Source: an uncultured Candidatus Bathyarchaeia archaeon
Lineage (GTDB): Archaea; Thermoproteota; Bathyarchaeia; Bathyarchaeales; DTEX01
NCBI GenBank assembly: GCA_964580405.1
Contig: CAZOKM010000004.1
Span: 1-38,216 of the forward strand
DNA length: 38,216 nucleotides
Reading direction: 5' to 3'
Shown: positions 16,265 to 26,137 of the stretch, one piece after another
Layout of the letters: each line of letters starts with the position of its first letter
Position numbering within the stretch: the stretch's first letter is position 1
The notes under the pieces: model-generated
Seen by the model: the letters and a program-made list of their open reading frames with translations, nothing else
The model's database searches: none
Told to the model about the DNA's origin: nothing
Position numbers and translations under genes: made by a program

Positions 16265-17527
16265 CTAGATTGTGCCTGACTCCCAGCTCGTGACATACTT
16301 TTTCTGTTCATCGGTCATCTCGTCTATGCGTATCCCCATTCCGCTGAGCTTCAGGCTCGCGACCTTCTCGTCTATCTCCTTCGGGACGCTGTAGACTCCC
16401 GCCTTCAGGTTGGGGTTCTTCGCCAAGTACTCGACGCACATGGCCTGATTCGAGAAGGACATGTCCATGACCTCAGAGGGGTGCCCCTCAGCCGACGCGA
16501 GGTTCACCAGCCTACCCTCCGCAAGCAGGAAGATTTTTCGCCCGTTCTTCAAGGTGTGTTCTTCAAGGTTTGGTCTAATCGTCCTTTTAGAAACGGTGAT
16601 GTCCGCGAGGTCGCTTACGCCGATTTCGACGTTGAAGTGCCCGCTGTTGGCCAGCAGAGTCCCGTCCCGCATCTTCAGCATGTGCTCCTTCCGGATGACG
16701 TTGACGTTTCCGGTCGTCGTCACGAAGATGTCGCCGTTCTCCGCAGCCTCGGACATGGGCAGCACCTGGAAACCATCCATCACTGCTTCGAGCGCACGGA
16801 GCGGGTTTACCTCGGTAACAATTACGTTTGAGCCTAAGCCTCGTGCTCTAGACGCGAGGCCCCGTCCGCACCAGCCGTAGCCGCAAACCACGAACTTCTT
16901 GCCCGCTAGAAGCACGTTCGAGGCTCGGAGGATGCCGTCTATCGTGCTTTGGCCCGTCCCGTAGCGGTTGTCGAAAAGGTACTTCGTGAAGGCGTCGTTC
17001 ACCGCGATAATCGAGTACTTGAGGTCGCCCTTCTCGCTCATCGCCCTAAGTCTGACCACGCCCGTCGTGGTTTCCTCCGTGCCGCCCCTGACAGAAGCGA
17101 GAGCCTCTTTCCTTGACGTGTGCAGCGTACCGACGAGGTCCGCGCCGTCGTCCATCGTAATCATGGGCTTCTGGTCAATCACCTTGTTCAGGCTCCAGTA
17201 GTACTCATCAGTCGTCTCCCCCCGCCAAGCGTACACGCTGACGCCGCTTTTCGCTTGGGCAGCCGCAACCTCGTCCTGGGTCGAAAGCGGATTGGACCCG
17301 CAGAGCGCGACTTTGGCTCCGCCTCCCTGTAAAGTTTCGACCAAGACCGCAGTCTCCTTGGTCACGTGGAGGCACGCGCCAATCGTCAAGCCCTTGAGCG
17401 GCTTCTCCTTCTCGAACCTTTGCCTAATCTGGTTCAAAGCAGGCATGTGCTTCGAAGCCCACTCGATGAGGAGGACGCCGTCCTTCGCGAGTTCGATGTT
17501 CTTAACCTTGTAATCGGCCATCTTCAA
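16265..17527 (-). CDS. ahcY: Adenosylhomocysteinase (SAH hydrolase)
   Basis: [64 protein letters not shown]. Confidence 0.98.
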   Translation of the reverse strand: MKMADYKVKNIELAKDGVLLIEWASKHMPALNQIRQRFEKEKPLKGLTIGACLHVTKETAVLVETLQGGGAKVALCGSNPLSTQDEVAAAQAKSGVSVYAWRGETTDEYYWSLNKVIDQKPMITMDDGADLVGTLHTSRKEALASVRGGTEETTTGVVRLRAMSEKGDLKYSIIAVNDAFTKYLFDNRYGTGQSTIDGILRASNVLLAGKKFVVCGYGWCGRGLASRARGLGSNVIVTEVNPLRALEAVMDGFQVLPMSEAAENGDIFVTTTGNVNVIRKEHMLKMRDGTLLANSGHFNVEIGVSDLADITVSKRTIRPNLEEHTLKNGRKIFLLAEGRLVNLASAEGHPSEVMDMSFSNQAMCVEYLAKNPNLKAGVYSVPKEIDEKVASLKLSGMGIRIDEMTDEQKKYVTSWESGTI

Positions 17528-17672
17528 TTCCGTCCATCAGTGTTCACTGAACCCGTCCTTTCATTTAAAGCTATAACATGAAAACAGTACGCAAGACGCC
17601 CGAACAGCGAACTTCGATGCCCACAAGTAATGCGGATGAACGCAACTAAATAGAAGACGCAACGAGCGACAT

Positions 17673-17870
17673 TTAGCGGGCTTTGATGCGCTTCACGATG
17701 GGCGGCCTGACCTTCATGAGGACGCGGTAGCGGCAGAACGGGCACCTTACCCCGAGCTCAAGGTCCGTGGACTTGACCATGGCGCCACACTTCATGCATT
17801 GGTAGAGTATCGCTGAATGCTGTTCAGGCTGCTCGGATTGCTCCGCCACTTTTTTCACTTCCAAGACCAA
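17673..17870 (-). CDS. rpo12: DNA-directed RNA polymerase subunit Rpo12 (RpoP)
   Basis: YQCMKCG...VRCPFCRYRVLMKVRPPIVKRIKAR zinc ribbon. Exact start uncertain (TTG 17870 or a downstream GTG). Confidence 0.93.
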   Translation of the reverse strand: MVLEVKKVAEQSEQPEQHSAILYQCMKCGAMVKSTDLELGVRCPFCRYRVLMKVRPPIVKRIKAR

Positions 17871-18025
17871 ATGCTCAATTCGAGATTTAACCTTTATTCC
17901 TCTAAAGGAAGAAGCGAGAGTATTTAAACAAGCCGGTGCCCAGGTTTTGTAATAGTAGAATCTGAAGCAGGATGGGTTCTGGCAAATACTTGATGTTGAA
18001 TCCTAATGCCATACATGAGAGCCAA

Positions 18026-19144
18026 TTAGTATTTTTTAAGAAGATTATTGATTTCAGAAACCACTCGTTCTTGATCTTCCTTGGTCATGGAGTGGCACAT
18101 CGGCAGCGCAAGCAAGTTCTTATACAGCTTCTCCGACCTCTCCAGCTTTCCGATTTTTTTGACCCCCCTATAGCTTGGCTGCAGGCTCAGCGCGTATGTG
18201 CCGATTTGTGTTTCGATGTTCTTCTTTTTAAGGTCCGCAATTATTTTGTCTCTAATATTTTCCTTTTCTATATATATCGCGTAAGTTTGATAGACGTGCT
18301 TTGTGTTTTTCCTTTTTTCTGGTGGTCTGATAGAATCTATCTCAGCGAGTAACTTGTCGTAGTAATTGGCCAATTCTATCCTTCTTTCGATTATCTCATT
18401 GATTTTCTTCATCTGCGCCATTCCAATGGCACTCAAAACGTCGCTTAACTTGTAATTAACCCCGAACTGAACAAACCTACTTCCGTGATCATTCGTTTCC
18501 ATGCCAAATATCTTCAGTTTACTAAGTCTTTCCGAATAGGCAGCGACGTTGGTTACCGCCATTCCGCCTTCGCCAGTCGTTATTATCTTTCGCGGATGAA
18601 AGCTGAAGCAGGTGATGTCGGCCAGTGTTCCCGTTTTTTTACCTTCGTATTCTGCGCCCAAGCTGCATGCAGCATCCTCCACAATAAACAGGTCGTGTTT
18701 CTCTTTCAGTTCCAGCAAGGGTTCCATATCCAGTGGGTTTCCGCCCCACGACACGGGGGCAATGCATCGCGTTTTTTTCGTGATTGCCCCTTCGACTTCT
18801 TCTGGGTCAATATTGTACGAGAAAAGGTCCACGTCAACTAGGACTGGCTCTGCCCCAACCCACTTAACGACGTTCCCCGTCGCGGGATGCGTGAAGTTGG
18901 GCACAACCACCTCGTCACCTGCACCTATGTCCAACGCCCTTAGAGCTAACTCAAGGGCGGTGGTGCAAGACGTGGTTGCTGCAGCGTATTTTACGCCGAC
19001 GAACTTTTTGACTTCTTCTTCGAATTCTTTTGTCACTTTTCCCTCTGTTAGCCAGCCAGACTCCAGCACCTTCTGAATCATCTGCAGTTCGTCTTGCCCA
19101 ACGACGGGTTCAATTAATTTTAGTTTCTTTTCGTATGTCGTCAT
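18026..19144 (-). CDS. DegT/DnrJ/EryC1/StrS sugar aminotransferase
   Basis: SCTTALELAL, GDEVVVP.FT, EDAAC, FSFHPRKIITTGEGG (PLP lysine). Confidence 0.96.
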   Translation of the reverse strand: MTTYEKKLKLIEPVVGQDELQMIQKVLESGWLTEGKVTKEFEEEVKKFVGVKYAAATTSCTTALELALRALDIGAGDEVVVPNFTHPATGNVVKWVGAEPVLVDVDLFSYNIDPEEVEGAITKKTRCIAPVSWGGNPLDMEPLLELKEKHDLFIVEDAACSLGAEYEGKKTGTLADITCFSFHPRKIITTGEGGMAVTNVAAYSERLSKLKIFGMETNDHGSRFVQFGVNYKLSDVLSAIGMAQMKKINEIIERRIELANYYDKLLAEIDSIRPPEKRKNTKHVYQTYAIYIEKENIRDKIIADLKKKNIETQIGTYALSLQPSYRGVKKIGKLERSEKLYKNLLALPMCHSMTKEDQERVVSEINNLLKKY

Positions 19145-20136
19145 GCACGTTTCCCCTTTTTTGCCAGTTGCTCCCTGTACCAGTCTATTGTCCTTTGCAG
19201 ACCCGTTTTGTAGTCGATCTTCGGAGAATAGCCGATCAGTTCCTTCGCGAGGGAGATATCACCGAGGTGGCGACGAATGTCTCCAGGTCTGGGAGCCGTG
19301 TGGATCACGTTCCCAGAGTAGCCCATCAGATCCATGATTTGGTAAATTAACTCTTTTATGCTGATTTCTCTGCCGCTGGCGATGTTGATCACTTTGCCCT
19401 TCGTTGAAGGCACCTCGTAGAATCTGGATATCGCCTCCGCCACGTCCTCAACGTACGTGTAGTCCCTCGTCTGCAGGCCGTCCCCATGGATTATGGGTGG
19501 TCTACCAGACAATATCCGACTTATGGTAATCGGTATCACGGCAGCATAGCTCTTTTCGTTCTGCCTCGGACCATAAGTGTTGAATGGTCTAGCAATCGCT
19601 ATGTCCAAGCCGAAGACCTGACGGTATGAAAGCGCGATGTGGTCGCAGGCGAGCTTGCTGGCTGCGTAAGGTGTGGTCGGAAACGTGGGATGATTCTCGT
19701 CCATTGGTCTACGTTTCGCGTAAATTGCGGTCCCGTACGCTTCTGATGAGGAGGTATGAATCAGCGTTTTGTACTTTCCTTTGCGGAGAAGTTCACACAA
19801 CGTGGAGGTGATGAGTATGTTCGTGTCAATGGTCTTCTTCGGCTTGGTCAACGAGGCGGGAAGAGGAACCACAGCCAGATTGAACGTCACGTCCACATTC
19901 TCTTTCTCGTAGAACTTCGATGTCAGCCTATATTTGGAGGCGTCAACCTTTTGGATGGCGACGTTTTTCTTCTTCCGAAGGTTCTCAATGTTCCTTTCTT
20001 TACCAAGAGAAAAGTCGTCTACAATAATCAGCTTCTTGGGAGCATATTCCATCATCTTGTCGCACAGATGGCTTCCGATAAAACCAGCTCCACCCGTCAC
20101 AACGACCGTCTTGTTCCTTAATTCGATGAGAACCAC
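19141..20136 (-). CDS. NAD-dependent nucleotide-sugar epimerase/dehydratase (extended SDR)
   Basis: VTGGAGFIG, SSSEAYG, YAASK, RPFNTYGP, GDGLQTRDY. True start may be ATC 20127. Confidence 0.95.
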   Translation of the reverse strand: MVLIELRNKTVVVTGGAGFIGSHLCDKMMEYAPKKLIIVDDFSLGKERNIENLRKKKNVAIQKVDASKYRLTSKFYEKENVDVTFNLAVVPLPASLTKPKKTIDTNILITSTLCELLRKGKYKTLIHTSSSEAYGTAIYAKRRPMDENHPTFPTTPYAASKLACDHIALSYRQVFGLDIAIARPFNTYGPRQNEKSYAAVIPITISRILSGRPPIIHGDGLQTRDYTYVEDVAEAISRFYEVPSTKGKVINIASGREISIKELIYQIMDLMGYSGNVIHTAPRPGDIRRHLGDISLAKELIGYSPKIDYKTGLQRTIDWYREQLAKKGKRA

Positions 20137-20202
20137 CTTCTAGTTCCGAAAAATGCGTTTTTATATGGTGACAACAAAAATATAAAACCTTCATTTCCAG
20201 TT

Positions 20203-21318
20203 TTAATCAATTATTTTTTCATCTTCATACATTCTCGGAAGACGGTCTGCAGGACTATTCTGTAAAGCATACTTTATCGTTTCAGTAACCGACATTCCAC
20301 TCAGCCTGCATCTGGAAGCCACTTCAGCGACTTTTAAGCTGGCAGCGATAAGCTCCATGGTGCATCGTGCTCCGAGATAGTCGGACGAGACTGACATGTA
20401 CCCGAATGGACGAATATTCTCAGGATATAGGTCTATGCCTTCCCTGAGAATGTTTTTTTCGTTGACATTGCCAGCTAAGTGAATTATTTGAACAAAGGGA
20501 TTCAGTTTTTTGAGCAGCTTCACTGGGATGAAACCTTCATCCGACATTATATCAACGTTGTGCAGAAGCTCATTCACGACGATTGCGTCGTACGAACCGA
20601 GATTACTTAGTACTTCTTTACGACTGCGTACGAATGTTTTTTGTTTTGCTGGAACGTTGTCGTCAAACGTTACACGGTCAACCGAAACCTTGTTGTTCAT
20701 GAAGAATTCAGCGGGATAGTTGCAGATGTCTCCGCTGCCAATGAGAAGCAACCTGTCTTTGTAGACAGAAAACCCCTTTTCGAACAAGACCTTACAGATT
20801 TTAAACCCGCTTGATGCAAGCAGATTGAGCTCAGGGTGATTTTCATTCGTTCCCAGAACGATTATTCCCTTTTCGCGGCATGCCAGCAGGTCAAGCTCCT
20901 TTGGCCGAACCTCGTTCGCGAACCGCATCAGCGGAATCACCGCGGTGGGTTTCATGTGTGAGACCATCTCCCTCGTGATGGGGCGCACGAACCCAGAGTT
21001 CGTAATGACGTCGCTCTTGGAGAGGTATTTTCGGTCCTTCTTGAAAAGGACAACGACCTTTCCATCAACCCCGAGCTCTTTAGCTTCTTTAAGGGTCTGT
21101 TCTTTTACTTCTTCCTTTTTTCCGTACCCAGAGTCAGACGTGACGGCGAACACGTGCTCAGCGCCAGACAGGGCTACCATAATCGGCGTGTAGAGGTAGT
21201 TGCCCGTCGCAGCCTCTGTGAAAACAGATAAACCGTGGAGGTTAACCTCGAACTTGTCTATGGCGTCCTGCACGATTTTCCGTTTTCTTTCTTTAGCCAC
21301 GTCTACTGAACGCATCAC
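20203..21318 (-). CDS. Hypothetical protein, divergent D-2-hydroxyacid-dehydrogenase-like fold
   Basis: SDVITNSG..RPITREMV, ELDLLACREKGIIVLGTN and a Rossmann-like LLLIGSGDI. Translationally coupled to the upstream gene. Confidence 0.6.
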   Translation of the reverse strand: MMRSVDVAKERKRKIVQDAIDKFEVNLHGLSVFTEAATGNYLYTPIMVALSGAEHVFAVTSDSGYGKKEEVKEQTLKEAKELGVDGKVVVLFKKDRKYLSKSDVITNSGFVRPITREMVSHMKPTAVIPLMRFANEVRPKELDLLACREKGIIVLGTNENHPELNLLASSGFKICKVLFEKGFSVYKDRLLLIGSGDICNYPAEFFMNNKVSVDRVTFDDNVPAKQKTFVRSRKEVLSNLGSYDAIVVNELLHNVDIMSDEGFIPVKLLKKLNPFVQIIHLAGNVNEKNILREGIDLYPENIRPFGYMSVSSDYLGARCTMELIAASLKVAEVASRCRLSGMSVTETIKYALQNSPADRLPRMYEDEKIID

Positions 21319-22025
21319 TCATCTCCAGAGGATTTGACCCATTCTCGGTATATATCTTTGCAGGTGTACGATTCAGCGTTGTTTTTAATGTGTCTTAGTA
21401 ATTCGACGAAAAGGGTTTGGGTTCCGCCATTCTTTCCCCTCAATCTGGTCAACTTGTCCACTTGGTTGTAGAAAGGCTTGAATTCTCTGTAATGCTCCTC
21501 CGACTGCGTGTTCGCGAAGACGTGTATGGGGTGAAAAATGTACACTTTCAAACCATTCTTGGAAAGGTGTAGCTGAGACGGTTCAAAGGGGAGTCCGCTC
21601 GAAAACATCGTGTCATCAGCCCAATAGAAGGGGATGCAGACGAGTTTCTTGAGACGCCACCAAGGGTAGAGACCTTCCCTGAGCGGAATGTAGGTGCTTG
21701 AGTCGTACTTCAACCCATTCTGAATGTAGAGGCGGAAAATGTTGGTTGACTGGACGCACCCGTGGCAACGCACCCCGATCGATTTAGGATAGAATCTTAA
21801 AAGCTCGTCAACCGTCTTCTCGTAGTCATCGCTAGCAGCAAGATTAGGGTGTATTCCAACCTCGAACTTCTTTGGGTCCAAAGACTTCAGGAGGCTGGAC
21901 TCGTGCGTGGCAAAGATCGTTGCTTTTACGTCGTACTCTTCTAGAAATTGGATTGAGTACTCGATTACCTCGTCGCACGCCCAATCAGCATCCAATGTGA
22001 CACAAATTTTGTCGAAGAGCGTCAT
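21315..22025 (-). CDS. Polysaccharide deacetylase-like (WbmS-like, NodB-type) protein
   Basis: VTLDADWA, TIFATH, EVGIHPN, RCH, YDSS, FHPIH. ATGA overlap with the upstream stop supports ATG 22025. Confidence 0.85.
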   Translation of the reverse strand: MTLFDKICVTLDADWACDEVIEYSIQFLEEYDVKATIFATHESSLLKSLDPKKFEVGIHPNLAASDDYEKTVDELLRFYPKSIGVRCHGCVQSTNIFRLYIQNGLKYDSSTYIPLREGLYPWWRLKKLVCIPFYWADDTMFSSGLPFEPSQLHLSKNGLKVYIFHPIHVFANTQSEEHYREFKPFYNQVDKLTRLRGKNGGTQTLFVELLRHIKNNAESYTCKDIYREWVKSSGDE

Positions 22026-23110
22026 TCCGTCTCCTTCCTCAACTCGGTGAACGGAAGAACGTAGAACCACTCGTACTCAGACAGTATCTCCTCTTCCTGA
22101 AGGTTCCGTATTCCGCTGGTGTCCCCATAAGCGTTGATGAGCAGCTGGTAAGGATAATCCTTTGCCCCCCAGCTCCGTTTAAACATGTAGACGCCCTCGA
22201 GCGCCTTTCTCGTTCCTCCGAAGTTCCAGATGGTGTAACCATTATTCAGGGAGTCCTTCATGGCTTCGTAGATAAGCAACGCGACGGGTTGCAAACTGCT
22301 GTATTCAAGTTTGAAACATGGAGTAAAGTAGTCAACAATATTCTTGTAATAGAGCAGCAGGAGGCTGCCTATGATCTCGTTGTCCTTCCAAGCGAACAAA
22401 ATCTTGTAGTCCTTGTTTTGAGAACCATAGAATGCATCAAACAGGATTTCGAAGAATCTAGGGGGTTTATAGACGCCGTGCTTCCTTTCCATTCCAACCT
22501 TATGCATCTCAAAGAGCTCGCCCAAATGACTCAAGTCCTGCGCGAATTCAACCTTGATGTCATTCTTCTGCGCTTTTCGGATGGCAGTCCTGCACCTCTT
22601 TTCGATCGTGTTGAACATGATCTCGTTTTCGACGTCAGCCACTTTCTCGGGAAACACGGTCATCTGAGTAATCCTTGGGTCAATGAAGTTCGGTTTTAGA
22701 GCTTTCTGGATGAAGTCAGGGTCGGATTCGAACGGCGTCGTGATGATTGTCGAAAAGACGCAGTTATTCTCCTCAGCCAACTCCTTAAAGGAAAGCAGCA
22801 GTTTTTCCTTAACCTCAAGACGTTCTCTTTCATTAAGCTCCGGTAAAACGACCGGCCCGCCGTGTGTTCCGAAAAATGGAAGAGAATTCAACACGTTGCC
22901 GTGCTTGGTGTTCTTTTTCATGAGGGATGGTAGTATCCCAACTATTTTTTCCTCACTTTTAGCAACGAGATAGAAAGGTTCTGACACGGTGAAGAGCTGG
23001 AGGAGTCTGGTCCACCTGAGCGTGTGTGCACGCATGCCACTCTTTGACAGCCTAACCACGTTGTCATATTCTTCACGGTCTTCTGGTCTCAGTTTCTCTA
23101 TCTGAATGAT
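22022..23110 (-). CDS. FemAB-like GNAT-family acyltransferase
   Basis: NSLPFFGTHGG, RTAIRKAQK, WNFGG....GVYMFKRSWGA. The frame extends from GTG 23059 to ATC 23110, which follows a GGTGGTGA SD. Confidence 0.85.
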   Translation of the reverse strand: MIQIEKLRPEDREEYDNVVRLSKSGMRAHTLRWTRLLQLFTVSEPFYLVAKSEEKIVGILPSLMKKNTKHGNVLNSLPFFGTHGGPVVLPELNERERLEVKEKLLLSFKELAEENNCVFSTIITTPFESDPDFIQKALKPNFIDPRITQMTVFPEKVADVENEIMFNTIEKRCRTAIRKAQKNDIKVEFAQDLSHLGELFEMHKVGMERKHGVYKPPRFFEILFDAFYGSQNKDYKILFAWKDNEIIGSLLLLYYKNIVDYFTPCFKLEYSSLQPVALLIYEAMKDSLNNGYTIWNFGGTRKALEGVYMFKRSWGAKDYPYQLLINAYGDTSGIRNLQEEEILSEYEWFYVLPFTELRKETE

Positions 23111-23143
23111 GGGTACTCACCACCTTAGGTTCTCAAATCGCGG

Positions 23144-24178
23144 TTAGTAAATGAGCTCGTCGAGAGTCTTGCCATACCTTCGGTACAACACTTCTTCCTG
23201 CTTTGCCTCCAGATGCCTGAATCTACCCGACTCCATTTCTTTCTTGAAATCCCTCATCGCAGCTTCGTATGAGTACTTCGGGACGTACCCAAAGTCTCTC
23301 TTGGCTTTCTCGATGGAAAAAATCTGGTCCTTCCTTTTCACTTCCGCTATGTCTGGCCTGTACACGATTTTCGAGGGCTTGTCGGGCGGAGAAAACGCTG
23401 CTATAATGGCCTTCGCTTCCTGATCTATCGTGAGGCCCACCCCTGACCCGATAGTGTATAGTCCTGACGCTTTTTCGCTGTTCAACGCTCCGATGAAGGC
23501 CGCAACGACGTCTTTTACGTAAACCAAGTCCCTGACGGTCTTGTGCTCGCCCCAAATCTCAATCGGTTCTCCCCTCATGGCCTTCGCGACGAACATCCGG
23601 AAAACGCTCACTTCGGGTCTTCCGTCCCAGAAAGAAACGTACCTGCTGCCGTACCCCCTCACTCCGGGAAGCCTCAGGCTTATTCCCCTTATTCCGTAGT
23701 CACGGCTGTAGCTCTCAATGAACTTCATGGCCGCAATCTTAGACACGATGTACGGCGTGGTCGGTCCCGAGAACTCTTCGGGGGTGTCCTCCGTGATGAC
23801 GACGCTTTTGGACCTGTTAACGTCGCTGTGAGTCATGGAAAAAACGATTTTTCCGACACCGTTCTTCCTACAAAATTCAAGCATATTGTACGTGCCTAGG
23901 GCATTAACCATGAGATAGTCGCGGGGAGTGTACATGTCGATGCTGAGGAGACCAGCAATGTGCGCTACGGCGTCTATGTCCTTGGGAAGATTATCGAAAT
24001 CCTTTTCCTCAGTGAGATCCAGATTCACGAAGGGTATCGCCCTTTTCCTGTAATACGCTTCTCCGTCTTCGCTCCTGCCGACGGCTACGACGTCAACGCC
24101 CTCTTTAGCCAACTGGTCGGCAAGATAAGTCCCAATAAACCCAGTCGCCCCAGTGACCAGTATTTTTTTATTTTTCAT
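23144..24178 (-). CDS. NAD-dependent nucleotide-sugar epimerase/dehydratase
   Basis: LVTGATGFIG, YIVSK, RDLVYVKDV. Confidence 0.92.
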   Translation of the reverse strand: MKNKKILVTGATGFIGTYLADQLAKEGVDVVAVGRSEDGEAYYRKRAIPFVNLDLTEEKDFDNLPKDIDAVAHIAGLLSIDMYTPRDYLMVNALGTYNMLEFCRKNGVGKIVFSMTHSDVNRSKSVVITEDTPEEFSGPTTPYIVSKIAAMKFIESYSRDYGIRGISLRLPGVRGYGSRYVSFWDGRPEVSVFRMFVAKAMRGEPIEIWGEHKTVRDLVYVKDVVAAFIGALNSEKASGLYTIGSGVGLTIDQEAKAIIAAFSPPDKPSKIVYRPDIAEVKRKDQIFSIEKAKRDFGYVPKYSYEAAMRDFKKEMESGRFRHLEAKQEEVLYRRYGKTLDELIY

Positions 24179-24189
24179 CTTTTCTTCAC

Positions 24190-25335
24190 CTAGTGGCCTT
24201 GATTAGCCGAACCTTTTAGTTCGTGATAAGTATTTTCCCATTGGCTTATTATTTTTTCTTGATTGAAGATCACCAGAGCTTTTTTCCTCGATTTCTGCCT
24301 AATCGCCTCTCTGCCTTCATCATCGTTAAGAAGTTGAACTACTTTTTCAGCCAAATCCACATGGTCAAGCCGTTTGTACAACACGCCGCAGAACCAGTCA
24401 AGCGATTTCGTTCCAGGTCGGTCGCTGAGCACCTGAGGGGTTCCGCACGCCATAGCTTGTCTCGTAGTCTGGCCTACTCCTGAAGTTCCGTGCACTACCA
24501 TGGTGCGGCCAGATTGGTCCACTCTAAGGTCGCAGAACGTGTCAATGTACACGTCAGCGCTCGCTAAGTACTCGGGCATTTCCCTTTCAGGAACCCTCCC
24601 AATGAACGATATGTCTTCATAAACACCCAGTTCTCTAGCCAACTCTTTCAATCTTTGTTCTAGGGAACCTCCCCCCAACATGACAAACTTCACGTTTCCC
24701 ATTCTCTCAAAAATTATGGGGGCGGCTTTAACGAAAACCTCTGCATTATTCAGTGGTTCCCAATTCCTAGCGCTAAGAACCAAATATCCAGAATCGACGC
24801 CTAATTCACGCCGTAGAGATTGGGATCTGGCTTTCGGTGAAAATAGGTCTGTGTCAACGCCCCACTGTTGGACAAGTATCTTCTTCGGGTCGCAGCCTAA
24901 CTCTATTAATCGCGCACTTGCACTCACGGTATGAATTAGGTCTGCCTTTTTTATGGCGTATTTTACCATCATCTTCATGATTCTGGATTTTTCTGGCGCT
25001 TCGAAGATGTCAGATCCGTAAGCAGTCAAGACGTAAGGATGGAACCCAGTGAAAGCGCCATAAACTCCATAATGGGATATGTAGTGCGCGTGCAGAACGT
25101 CAGGGCCGATTTTTTTAACCGTTTTCCTTACGTCCAGTATCCTTTGAAGATAGCCTAGTTTCCCAGAGTATTTCAGTTCGTGAGTTTCGACGCCTTTGAT
25201 GGGCTTCGGCGTAAAAGTTAACAAATGAACATCGTACCCCTTCTCTACAAAATACGTCAACCATCTCTTTGTGTGGTCGCTTTCCCCGTTAGCTAAAAAA
25301 GCCAATCTAGGATTCCCTACGTCAGCCATCAACAA
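24190..25335 (-). CDS. Glycosyltransferase family 4 (GT-B)
   Basis: PDVLHAH, TAYGSD, GVDTDLF, GRVP..EMPEYLASADVY, AMACGTP. Confidence 0.92.
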   Translation of the reverse strand: MLMADVGNPRLAFLANGESDHTKRWLTYFVEKGYDVHLLTFTPKPIKGVETHELKYSGKLGYLQRILDVRKTVKKIGPDVLHAHYISHYGVYGAFTGFHPYVLTAYGSDIFEAPEKSRIMKMMVKYAIKKADLIHTVSASARLIELGCDPKKILVQQWGVDTDLFSPKARSQSLRRELGVDSGYLVLSARNWEPLNNAEVFVKAAPIIFERMGNVKFVMLGGGSLEQRLKELARELGVYEDISFIGRVPEREMPEYLASADVYIDTFCDLRVDQSGRTMVVHGTSGVGQTTRQAMACGTPQVLSDRPGTKSLDWFCGVLYKRLDHVDLAEKVVQLLNDDEGREAIRQKSRKKALVIFNQEKIISQWENTYHELKGSANQGH

Positions 25336-26137
25336 TTCCAGCGACAGTCTTTCTTATTCTCCACTTATACATGTTCTCGACGAAACAGACACTATCCAGC
25401 CTTTCTGGTCTTCTGATCATGCACTCCAAATAACCCAGCGGGATGGATATAGCGTTGAGGGGCGTGTGAATGCCCAGAATCAATGACTTTGTGGCGCGCA
25501 ATAAAATAAAGATAAAAGGAACACCATTAACGTACGCGCTGTACCCGAAGGTTCTCGTGCTTGCGAAGGAATACTCTCTTTTATGCTCATACCTTAATGG
25601 ATATATTGCCGTCTTTCTACCCAAACTTTGGGTCTTATAAATCATCCAGCTTTCCCAACCTATGCTGGTGGGGAGGGGCGTTATCCTTTTGAATAAGGGC
25701 GCTGCTACGAGTCGTCCGCTTCCACTCGGCTGGGTAAGATGCCTAAAATCCTCAACACCGTGATAACCTGATGCGAGGTCGACATTGTCATGTTTCATGA
25801 GGCTAATCATTTTTTCTAGATAGTCAGGTGGGTAGATGCAGTCGTCCCCGCTGATCATGTAGTAGTCTGCCGGGGGTGCAATAGCCAGCAGCGTGTTAAT
25901 GAGGACGGGTACCCGAGAATAGTTTCGAGGCTCTCGCCTAGGGTATCTTACAAACCGAACTCTTTGGGTCCTCGATAAATCCTCCAAGATCTTAGGGGTG
26001 TTGTCTGTGCTTGCATCGTCTGCAACAGTTACAAATGTATCAATTGTTTGACCTAAAAGACTGCGAATCGTGGCGGGAAGGGTTTTTTCTCCATCTCTGC
26101 AAGGAATAAGAACAGTGACCTTAGGCTCCCATGTCAT
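25322..26137 (-). CDS. Glycosyltransferase family 2 (GT-A)
   Basis: VTVLIPCRDGE, ADDASTDNT, GDD (DxD-like), GWES. Confidence 0.9.
   Translation of the reverse strand: MTWEPKVTVLIPCRDGEKTLPATIRSLLGQTIDTFVTVADDASTDNTPKILEDLSRTQRVRFVRYPRREPRNYSRVPVLINTLLAIAPPADYYMISGDDCIYPPDYLEKMISLMKHDNVDLASGYHGVEDFRHLTQPSGSGRLVAAPLFKRITPLPTSIGWESWMIYKTQSLGRKTAIYPLRYEHKREYSFASTRTFGYSAYVNGVPFIFILLRATKSLILGIHTPLNAISIPLGYLECMIRRPERLDSVCFVENMYKWRIRKTVAGIVDG

Noticed and set aside
17528-17672. SAH or SAM riboswitch upstream of ahcY
   Set aside because: No recognisable consensus, and the TATA position implies a leader too short to hold one.
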